64,000 nt of DNA from Octopus vulgaris (taxonomy: Eukaryota): contig OX597817.1 of assembly GCA_951406725.2 (NCBI GenBank), forward strand, positions 150,908,001 to 150,972,000, in the 5' to 3' direction. Below the pieces are notes generated by a model. That model saw only the letters and a list, made by a program, of their open reading frames with translations. It did no database searches and was not told the origin of the DNA. The position numbers and the translations under genes were made by a program. Positions 10,601 through 23,000 of this stretch are shown piece after piece. Each line of letters starts with the position of its first letter. Position 1 is the first letter of the stretch.

Positions 10601-13600
10601 TATCCCTGCAATAAACAATATCGATCTAATATTTGCTAAATCAGAGTTAATTAGGTTGATTATGAACTATGAAGTTAATAAAAGAATTAATTACCTTGAT
10701 TGTTTTGTCTGCCGAGCCAGATACAATTTTTGACTCATTGAAGCGTACACATAGAACAGCAGCTGAATGGCCCCTAAAAAGAAATAAAACGTTTAATAGA
10801 AGTTTATGTCAACCTGCATGCAGTAATACCATGAAATCAAAATTGAAATTTCAAATTCTTAACCCTTTAGTGTTCAGATTATTCCATCAAATGTAATGCT
10901 TATTGATTCAAATTATTTTTAATTAATCCTACACCATCCCATATCTTCAAGGGCATCCAGCCGTCGAATATCATCCTCAACATATTTCGTCTGAGCCATG
11001 GAAAGGTGGATGTTAAACAATCTATATCTCTGTGTGTGAATATATATGATAGATAGATAGATAGATAGCTGCTGTCTAATAATTTTGGTGCTTTGGCTAC
11101 TTGCACAAATGATGATTGTTTTATTTTTATAAAAATAAACCAAGCTGAAAATTAGGTATGTCTTAAGAAAAGGATCTCACCATGATGTGATTATTTAATC
11201 CCGGTAGGCATGAGAGAGCCTGGATCTGGTCAGTTTGAACGTAAAACATGGAATATTTTGGCCAGATATGGCCAGTTTAAATGGTAAAGGTCTAAGCATC
11301 TAATAGTATAAGAAATTATTTCTAGGTTTGTTCTCAAGTAATTTTGGAGTTATAACCACGAAAGGTAATAAATGGAATTCAAACCTACAAAGCTTCAACT
11401 TTAGATTATATTTTTTACAAACGAAAAATATATATATATATACTGCACATTAATTTAATGTTTTTGTCATGAAATACATTAACCCTTTAGCATTCAGAAT
11501 ATTCAGACAAAAGCAATGCTTACTTACTCACATTGTTTTGAATTAATCATGCATTATCTCATAGCTTTGAGATTTTGATGATGTGACTGTATATTTTTAC
11601 AATGACAGTGTAAAGTAGTTGTGAGAGGTCAGATCAGGTCAGTTTGAATATAGATCAAATAGAATATTTTTGGCCACATATGTCCAGCTTAAATGCTAAA
11701 GAGTTAAATTATGTGACCTATATTTAATGAATTCCTAATGAGCCAGTAAAATATTACACAATATCAACTACCATGAAGAATAGTTGAGAGTAAAAGATAA
11801 ATTTGATCAATATTATTCTATTTTTCGCTGACCAAAATAAACTGCTTAACCAAAATTGTAATATTCTTACCTGAGTTTCATTTTACATTCTCCTGTTCGA
11901 ATATCCCATACTTTCAGTGTTTTATCATAAGAGCCACTTATTAACTTCTCGTCGTCTGCCTACAGAAACAAAAAAATATTGTATATGTAGTCATTATTTT
12001 CTTTTTTTTTTTTTTACTTGTTTCAGTCATTTGACTGCGGCCATGTTGGAGCACCGCCTTTAGACGAGCAACTTGACCCCGGGACTTATTCTTTTTGTAA
12101 GCCCAGTACTTATTCTATCGGTCTCTTTTTGCCGAACCGCTAAGTGACGGGGACGTAAACACACCAGCATCGGTTGTCAAGCAATGCTAGGGGAACAAAC
12201 ACACATATATATATACGACAGGCTTCTTTAAGTTTCCGTCTACCAAATCCACTCACAAGGCATTGGTCGGCCCGAAGCTATAGCAGAAGACACTTGCCCA
12301 AGATGCCACGCAGTGGGACTGAACCCGGAACCATGTGGTTGGTTAGCAAGCTACTTACCACACAGCCACTCCTGCGCCTATGATCATTTTTTTTTATTTC
12401 TTTGGTAAAAACTTTTTAAAAACTTAAAGCTCGAGAGAAAGAAGAAATGTTGCTGTATGGATAAACACTTGAAGTAAGTTTTCATATTATAAGGTGCCTC
12501 TATACTATAAAGTCTGTCACGAACTTAGAGGCAAATCTTATCCAGATTTCTTGTTATAAGGGGTCTCTACAGTGTAAAGTCTCTCTTGAGAGACATGAGG
12601 TCAGAGCTTATCTAGATTTTCAAGGAATTTAGGTGACTTAGAATATAAAACTTCTCTCTGAAGACCCTGCAAGCCTTCACAGAGTTAATTCCCAGCTACT
12701 GATGGTACTTATTTTCAGCTTAGGGGATTGGAGGAATGTGAAATGAAGTGGCAACTTCTATCCGGTCACTTGATCTGCTAGAAACAGCAGTCAAATTTCC
12801 TTTAAATTACATCCTGTTGTAAAGGAGAGGACATTGGATATTGTAGTCAATGATACATGGACCAGAATAAAACAAAAGAGAGGACAATCATGACTAGAGC
12901 ACCTTTGATCAGAGATCTTTGTTTTCTATTTGTTGAATCTGAAGGAAAGGTTATTATTACTCATGGCTTTTGGAGACCCTTGGAGGTCAGTGAACTTGAA
13001 AGCAGAAGTTCTAGGAAGCAAGGCCAGAGTATAGAGGTTAATATGTGTGTGTGCAGGTTGGATGTACTAAGAGTGATAAGAGGTGGAGAGACAATTAGGT
13101 TGGGGTGTTTGAATGGTGGAGGTACAAGACCAGCTAGTTTTGAGGAAGAGAGGTGATTAGAGAAGCAATAAAAAAAGCCAGAGATAGGAGACAGCAGACT
13201 TGAGGACTAGAGGTTGGAGCATGTCAATTGGTGACTGAATTCCATTTGATCACAGGACACTTTCAATGTGGTCCAGGAAAACTGGGGTGATTAAAGCTGA
13301 TATGGATGGGGCTAGACAGCAACAATTAAATATTAGTTATTAATTAGCAATCCATTATCTTTTCAGTCATTATACTGTGGCCATGCTAGGGCACCGCCAT
13401 GAAGAATTTCAGCTGAATGAATTGACTCCAGTGCTTATTTTTGCTTTGTTTTAAAGCCTTGTACACACACTATTGTTTTTTTAGCCTAATTGCTAAGTTA
13501 TGAGAATGCAAACACCCCAACACCGGTTGTTAAGCGGTGATGGTAGACAATCAAAGTCAGACACACACACACACAAGATGGGCTTCTTTCCATTTGTAAA

Positions 13601-16600
13601 ATTCACTCACAAAGCTTTGGTTGGACTAAAGCTAGTAGAAGACACTTGCCCAAGGTACCACAGAGTGGGACTGAACCTGGAAACGTGGTTGGGAAGCAAA
13701 CTTCTTAACACACAGCCATGCCTGCACCATTGTCACACACTATCAGGCTGATTCTGAGGACTGTGTTAAGGGTACAAGTGCCCATGGAATATTCACCCAC
13801 TTACACTACAATGTAGTGCAAATGGGTGAGTATTTCACATACACCTGTATTCTTAACACAATCCCCAGAATCAGAATGATCATGTGTGACAAAGCTAGCC
13901 TGCTTTGAATTAAAGAGATAAGTCTATCGAAAGGTCTACAACACAGCTGACATCTGACCAATTTGTAATTAAAAATATTCTTACTTGTAAACACCTTACT
14001 GTATCCAAATGGCCTACCATCGTCACTTTACACGCTATACTGGACCATCTGTCTTGGGTTGATAAATCCCAAACCTATGTAAACGAGTGAGGGGAAAATA
14101 TATATATTATGTATGAAAGATCAGGTTGTGGGAAGGAAAAAGAAGTTTCTATTTTGAAATTAGTTAAGGGCTTACTTTTATTGTTTTGTCGGAAGAACCA
14201 CTCACAAGACGGTTGCCTTCTAAATGCAAACACCGTACAGTCCCACTATGGCCAACTAATGTTTGAACTGACCAAGGAGCATTTGTTCGAATATTCCAGA
14301 CCTGTTAAGAAAAAAAAAAAAATCATTGGGACACATAATATTTAAAAAATTGAACAGAAGCACATCAGTGAAAGTTTTACATACAAGAAATGGACATGTT
14401 CTTTTTCTGTCAGTTATCCAAAAACCATTAATGCCTTTAATGATTTTATACATGCACACACACACACACACACAAGAAAACAAAATCATAGGGATACATA
14501 TACATATATAAACACACACACATATACATATTTATATATACACACACACAATCATTTTAATAACTGCTTTTCCATGTGCACCTGGGTTGAATTGAATTGA
14601 TGGGGAAAATTTTCTTTGGCTGGGTTCCCTTCCTCTTACCAACCCTCACCTGTTTCAAGGCATGGTAATAATTATTATTGTTCATTTATTTATCTATTTA
14701 GCCCTAAAGTTTCATTTATTCCATGCTGTATGTTATAGTAAAGTTAAATTCAAATGTTCAATTGTTTCACTTTATAACACTCATAATTATTATTTTTTGT
14801 TTTTGGATTAGGCTTGCAAGATTCTTTATGTGAGTTCGTGTGTTGAAGCATGTTCTGTTGTGTCTGAGGAGAGTCATTTTCTTTTTGTACCTTATAATGT
14901 AACACACTCACCGGTAAAATTTCCACTTATTTCCTATTTTTGCAAGACGCAACGAAAATTTTTGGAAAATAAAAATAGGAAATAAGTGGAAATTTTACAT
15001 TATAAGGTACAAAAAGAAAATGACTCTCCCCAGACGCAACAGAATAATTATTATTCATTTAGTTATCTATTTAGTCACAAAGTTTCATTTATTCCATGCT
15101 GTAAGTTATAGCAAAGTTAACAAACCCAACTGTCAATTCTGTTTACTGTTGCTCTAAATCTTGAGAATTCCTCTTCTTCATTTGTTTTGTTTTGTTCCCA
15201 CTATCTTATCCAAATGTTCTATTGTCTCCTTGACAGTAGCCCTAATTCTCGAAAATGTCCCCTCTCTCAGTTTCTTACCCACTTGCTTTCCCATGTTGAT
15301 TGTTAATTAGGGGCTTTCACCTTGTTTGTGGAAATGTTACATCGCCTTTAGCTAGGGAATAGGGCATCCATAGTGTTTTGTCATTTGCAGTGTGCCCTTC
15401 CAACCCACCCCCTATACCAAAAGTCTTCCTCCTCTAACGTCTACCAGATGTCTTTCTCCTAGCTCCTCTAGTGGTTACCTATACAGAATGCTCTCCCCCA
15501 CTTCCCTTCCACTCCATCTCTGTCTAGTGTCTATCTCCTGGTGGATGTAGTGATTGTGAAGTGAATAAAATAACGGTGAAGCGTATGCAGGTTGAAGCCT
15601 GTTTGTATATTTACAATGTCTGCCAAATGCACATGCAAGCTTTCTTTACAGACACATAATCCTGTCTTCCATCCTTGGGTCTTGCTGGCCCATACCTTCC
15701 ACAACCTCAGTGTTGGCACACTTAATGTCTGGAGTATGAAGGGTGATAAGTGGAAGCACTTTGTCGGTTACGACGACGAGGGTTCCAGTTGATCCGATCA
15801 ACAGAACAGCCTGCTCGTGAAATTAACGTGTAAGTGGCTGAGCACTCCACAGACACGTGTACCCTTAACATAGTTCTCGGGGATATTCAGCGTGACACAG
15901 AGAGTGACAAGGCCGGCCCTTTGAAATACAGGTACAACAGAAACAGGAAGTAAGAGTGAGAGAAACTTGTGGTGAAAGAGTACAGCAGGGATCACCACCA
16001 TGCCCTGCCGGAGCCTTGTGGAGCTTTAGATGTTTTCGCTCAATAAACACTCACAACGCCCGGTCTGGGAATCAAAACCGCGATCCTACGACCGCGAGTC
16101 CACTGCCCTAACCACTGAGTCATTGCGCCTCCACCAAGGGTGATAAGTATCAGGTAAATGAATGAGGACGCTAATAAAAATAGACTGAAGCAAATCTGGA
16201 GTGAATTAGGAAAGCTGATAGAATATGTTTGCTATTTAAAGGACAACATAGGAAACAATTAACAAAAAAACATTAGAGAGAGAGAAAATTAAGTTATTTA
16301 GAAGTAATTAATTAATTGTTTCCTCTGAAACTATAATACCAACTACATAAACAGATTAAAGGGAAACAAATGTAATTTGATGTTTATATAAAAAAAAAAA
16401 ATTTTTTTTAGAAACTGAATACATTTTTTCATCCACCAACAATTCAGCAAAACGAATTGTTACCAGAAGGCAGGAAGTATCATCGCGGTGTGTACAAGTT
16501 TCATTTTATGGTCAATCATGGGAGACAACTCTCTAGGTAGTCTGAATCTTATTCTGGTATCCTCTGTGAAACGTAAGCTTAGCTGTAACTTATTGGAGGA

Positions 16601-16995
16601 GAATCAATCGAATAGATATATAAATATAGAGGAATGTATATTTATAGGTATAGATAGATGGATTAGTTCAGAAACTATTGTGATGCTCGCTGGCCGTTAT
16701 CATCACCATGATGATGGTGGCATGAGTTGGAGCATTTGGCAGGAGATGGCAAGCCAAAAGACTGTACCAAGCCCCACTCTCCCTTTCTCTTTTACTTGTT
16801 TCAGTCGTTTGACTGTGGCCATGCCGGGGCAAATCGAGAAAATCGACCCCCAAGACTTATTCTTTGTAAGCCTAGTACTTATTCTATCGGTCTATTTTGC
16901 CGAACTGCTAAGTTACAGGGACGTAAACACACCAGCATCGGTTGTTAAGCGATGTTGGGGGGGACAAACACAGACAAAAACATACATACATACAT

Positions 16996-17043
<48 letters not shown>

Positions 17044-20000
17044 GATGGGCTTCTTTCAGTTTCCGTCTAGCAAATCCACTCACAAGGCTTTGGTCAGCCC
17101 GAGGCTATAGTAGAAGACACTTGCCCAAGGTGCCACGCAGTGGGACTGGACCTGGAACCATGTGGTTTGTAAGCAAGCTACTTACCACACAGCCACTGTC
17201 TGTTTTGGTATGATTTTTATAGTTAGGTGCCTCTCCTAATGCCAGCGGAAATTAATATTTAATACATGCAACATTCAAGAGCTGAAGTAGAATAAAATGT
17301 GGAGAAGAAACCAAAATGATAATTAAGATATAACATACCCGAATAGTTTTGTCTGACGATCCACTAACGATTCGTGTATCATCAAACTGAATACAAGAAA
17401 TACCTATAAAAAAAAAATCAATAAAGCAGAGGCTGAGATAAAACAAAAGCATTTTTAAAATGAAAGCATACACCATTATTTTATGGGTCAGATAAAGTTT
17501 GCTGAGGCAGATTTTCTATAGCTGGATGTTCTTCCTGTCACCAACCCTCATTTATTTCCCAGCAAGACAACATTTCCTCATGGCCAGGAATGTTCTTCAC
17601 AGAATACAGGAAACAAACAACATCATCTGTATGACAATGATGCTCATTTGCAACCATTGTGTGATATTTATTACCAGGTGCAGACAAGCAAACAAACAAA
17701 CACACACACACAGACAGACAGAGGCTTCTTCCAATTTCTGTCAAATCAAATTCACTTAATAGTAGTTGTGGCCGATACCAGTGTCGTGTAACTGGCCCGT
17801 TTAAAGTACCCTTCAATCGTTGGGTGATATGCAGTGCTTGTGAAGACCTGTCGAGCCAAGTGAAATCGTAGTTGTGGCCGAAGCCAGTGCCATCTGACTG
17901 GTACCTATTCTGGTGGCACGACACTGGCATCAGCCACAACTACAATTAAGTGGATTTTGATTTGATATAAATTGAAAGAAACCTGTATGTGTGCTTGTGT
18001 GCACCCTGTAATAAATATCACACGATAGTTGCAAATATACTTTCCCAAGGTGCCACTGAACACAAAAGGCTGCATGATTGGGAACTAAACTTCTTAACCA
18101 CAAAACCATATCTATTTCTTTACTACCCACAAGGAGCTAAACAGAGTAGACAAACAAGGACAGACAAACGGATTAAGTCGATTACATCGACCCCAGTGCA
18201 TAACTGGTACTTAATTTATCGACCCCGAAAGGATGACAGGCAAAGTCGACCTTGGCGTAATTTGAACTCAGAATGTAACGGCAGACGAAATACGGCTACG
18301 CATTTCGCCCGGCGTGCTAACGACTCTGCCAGCTCGCCACCTTGCACAAAACCATATCTGTCTGCACCTAACAGCCACACTTGTGCCAAGATCATCTTTT
18401 TAATAGATGTGAAGACACATAGAAGGGATTGGATTTGGCAGAATCTATATAGAAGCGGATACAATGCCATTTGGTGCTTAGTGGTCACACCTTGTCACGA
18501 GTTCAACTCCTGCTGAAGTTAACCTTAGTTTACATTTTTCTGGAGTTGATAAAATAAAGTAACAGTCAAGTAGTGAATTGAAATTTAGTCAACATCCACA
18601 AGGAATTGTTGGCCATGTGTCTATGTTACAAATCATTATGAAGACATACATATGACTGAAACTGCTATAAGACATACACATAATCATTGTACTAAAACCA
18701 TAAGTCTAATTAAGGCTGCTATAGCTATCATCATCATTGTTTAACATTCACTTTTCCATGATTTTTTACTCTGGGCAGAAGGCCTTAAATTTTGGGGGAG
18801 GGGCCCAGTTGGTTAGATTGACTCCAATATGCAACTGGTACCTAATTTATCGACCCTGAAAGGATGAAAGGCAAAGTTGACTTTGGCAGAATTTGAACTC
18901 ACAATGTAGAGACAGACGAAATACCACTAAGCATTTCGCCCGGTGTGCTAACGTTTCTGCCAGCTCACTGCCTTATTCACTTTGCCATGCTTGCACAAAG
19001 TTTATTAAAGCGGGTTTTCTATGGCCTTCCTGTCACCAACCATCACCCCTTTCCAAGCAAGGTGACATTTCCTCAATACCAGGCTTCTTTCAGTTTCTAT
19101 CTACAAAATCTACTTTCAATGCTTTGGTTGGCCTGGGGCTATAGAAAAAAAGACAACAACAACACTTGCCCAAAGTGCCAAACAGTAGGACTGAACCAGA
19201 AACCATGTGGAAAGGAAGTAAACTTCTTAACCACAGAGCCTATTAGATATGTGTAATTAAGGGTAATAAAGCTTTATATGTAATTAAGGGTGTTAAGGTA
19301 TGTATAAGCAAAGGTGCTAAAGCCACAGGTGTACTTAAGAGTGCTAAAGACGTGTAATTAAGGGTGTTACATACGTACATATAATTAAAAGTGCTAAAAT
19401 CACATGTAATTAACAATGCTAGACTCAAACAAGTCTGAACCAATAAGGAGCCTCTGTGTAATTGCTTGATCTACTAAGATAGCAGTCCAGTTTTTTAAAA
19501 TCACGTCCTACCATCTTGAAGCAGGAGCAAGGCATCCACATTGGACAATGTACATAGGGTGGTCACTGCTGGAATGCCTTTGACCATAGGTTTGCTCAAT
19601 CTGAGCAAGACAATGAAGGTTTAAAAATTCAACAGTTATTTACCTTGAGTGTGTCCCTCAAAAGTCCTGACTGTGCAACGCCCTTTTAACCAGTTATTTC
19701 GCAATCGAAACCGCTCAGCAAAAACTCTCTTCCACTGAAAGAATTAGAAACAACAAGTTCAGGACAGTAGAGAATAATTGCAAAAAGTTAAATAATTCCA
19801 ATGATCCACAGTTATGTACATTACTCAATTGGAAATTCATCAGAACCCCCCCCCCCCCCCAAAAAAAAACCAGCTAAATTTTTTTATGTATTCACTTTTT
19901 CAAGCTTCCCCGTCACAGAAGTTTAAAAATGTAGGCTTTTGAAATGAGAATAATGGCAATTTTCAGCTTCTGTAGAACTAAATTAAATGGACAATTGTAT

Positions 20001-23000
20001 TTTATCTAAGAGCACAATTCGAAAGCAGAGACAGAAATAGAATATATGGTAAATCTTTAGTCATATTGCTAAATTTCCTAACTAGACATTTTTGTAGGCT
20101 AATATAGTAATATGGAAACAGCCACCTGTGTCCTATACCTAATGTATATACACCAGTGAAAGGCATGATGCGGTGGTTTTCTCTGAGATAAAATCTCTTC
20201 ATAGATACGTGTTTAAAATACAATATATATTGGAATGCGGTGAACATCATCCCAGCAGTGACTCACAAGAATGTCAGATGTATTTTGGCCTTTTGAAGCT
20301 TTGTCAATGGTGTGTACCTGATTGTTGTAAGCCTAAATGAAATTCCTCCTCTGCTTGTGCTGGTGCCATGTTAAAAGCACTCAGTACATTCTGTGGAGTG
20401 GTTGGTGTTAGGAAGGGCATCCAACTGTAGAAACCATTCCAGAACAGACAATGGAGCCTGGTGTGGCTCCTGGCCTTACCAGCTCCAGTCAAATCATCCA
20501 GCTCATGCCATCATGGAAAACAGATCTATGATGATGATATACAGTGAACAGTGAATAATACTTTCACTGATACTGCTGAAAGCTTGCTGGGATAAAAGAA
20601 ACTCAGTACATGCAATTGAAACAGCATTAAATTAAAATGAGTTAATTGGTCAAATGATATTTTTTTAGTAACAAAACATAATTTTAATGTAGAACTATAT
20701 TTTACATAGAAAATTACTTTATGTAAAAAGAATATAAGAACAGCTGTAACTAATAGTTTATGGTTTTACAATTATCGTAAAAGTTCAATTAAAAAAAAAA
20801 TTCAATTAGTTTTCTTCAAATATCAAAACAAACGAAGTAAAATAGAATCAATGTGTGTGTTTATTCTTGGCATAAGGACCCTCCTGAGATACAAAAGCTG
20901 TTTGGTAATTATTTTTTTTGTATAAGTTTTAGTAAGAGTTTACCATTTACCTGAATGCAACCTTCAGGGGACATATGATTGATCACTTGCTTATGTTCTG
21001 CCAATTTAGACAGTTGCCATTTTGGCTGGCAACAAAACCGACGCCAGAAAGTAGGATCCTCACCAATTCGGCGCCAAATTTTGCAAACTTGTGAAGAACG
21101 GCATAGAGTCACTGTAACAAAGAAATTTCTATTTTCATCCTATGAAATTATATTACAACACAAAAATATTAAAAAAAAAAATTATCAAAACTCAGGCATT
21201 TACCACTCATTAAAATTTATTAAAACTCATTAAATGTAATCCATAAAATCCTTCTCCAACAGTATCTACTCTCTTACTCTCTTCACCCTCCTATATGAAC
21301 AAAGGGTGCTCATGTAGGTTGTTCTTATTATACCCAACCCTTTATCATCACCTTGCTTAAAATTATCCCAGTCTCTCTTTCTCTCTCTCCTATTCTCTTT
21401 AGTTGTGAGAGATCTTTAGTCATGCATAAGTTGATCTTACTAGTGCTGATGAAAGAAACCCCCCCCCCAAAAAAAACTCAATGAAGTGGTTGGCATAAGC
21501 AAGGGCATTCAGTTGTAGAAATCATGTCAATACTGAGACACTCAAGTACAATAATAATTAAATTATTGTATACAGTGCTCAGGTGCACCACAACTTGTCA
21601 GAAAGTGCATATAAAGTACATGCAGTAATGTAGAAATGTCTGGAAAGCGAACAATGTATGAGTCAGATACATGCTTGTGTGTGTATGGAGGGGAGAAAAC
21701 TAAGTGTAGTGTTGGCGAATCTCAGGAAGCATGGAAGTTTTGAAGGATGCAGTGCTCCGACAACTAACAACTGATGCCGGCAGTTTGTTCCATGCTTCAG
21801 CAACTCTCAGCGTGAAAAAATGTTTCCTGAAGTCATGGGAGCTGTGCTGTTTTCTTACTTTGTAAATATGTAAATGGGAGGTGGGGGTCTTCAAGTTTGT
21901 CAGATTCTATCAAAGTGTCCAACTAAAGACAACATGGAAAGCACTTCCACATAAAAAGATGATGAAAGAAGTGGTGAGGAAACAGAGGCATCAAAATGTC
22001 ATAAAAATGGAAACGTGGATATGCAATGAGCAATGAGAAGGGATGTAAGTGAAAATATATCAGGAGTGCCAGTGTTTATGGTTTTGAATTCAAATCCACT
22101 GAAGGTATTTTGTTGTTTTCCTGACCAGGATACTTAAAATTCGGCATGCCTTAACTGAATTAGATCTTTTGAGTTGAGAACAACCCTTGCAACAGACATT
22201 TGTCCAGGAAGAGATTTATCTCGCATCAACCTTGTGCTCAGAAGCTAAAGCTAAATACTGATTTCTCCAACTCCTTCGGGACATTGTAGATAGACAAACA
22301 GGAATCAACAAAATACTGGTTTCAAATTTTGGCACAATGTCAGCACTTTCAAGAGAGGGGTTAAATTGATTACATTGATCCCAGTGGGCAACTGGTACTT
22401 ATTTTATTGACTCTGAAAATGATGCAAAGCAAAGTGGATGTGGGTGGAATTTGAACTAGAATGTAAAAATTGAACAAAATGCCACCAAACATTTTGCCCG
22501 ACATGCTAACGATTCTCTCAGCTCGCCGCCTTTGGAACAAACGAAACAATACCAAGAATAATGTATATAAAACTGATCACAGAAACTTTAAAGCTTAAAA
22601 AACCAAAAAAGTCAAAGTTTATTTTGCAAATCTAGAAAATCTTATTAGCACGATTAAGTACATTAACACACACACACAAAAAAAAAATACCACACTGTGA
22701 CCAATTCAAGCAATACCAGTAAGGAATTCCATGCTGGCATGGGTTGGACAGGATCCAATGTATCCAAGGGATGTATTGAGCTCCAATGTCTGCCTTGACA
22801 TGGTTTCTATGGCTGGACGTCCTTCCTAACCACTTCACAGAGTACTGAAGGCATTTTTTATGTAGCATTGGTACCGGTAAGGTGACCAAGTTATTCACAG
22901 ACAAAACCCCTTGACAGAATGTGGTGTAGTATAGTGAGTATTGGTTTTGTGACAGGTGCTGAAGGGTCAAAATAGAATAGAGAGACAGGGAACAGGTGTC

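Noticed and set aside
16488-18516. 241-aa and 175-aa plus-strand ORFs
   Set aside because: Composed of SINE and microsatellite sequence, antisense within introns; similar peptides recur at every SINE copy
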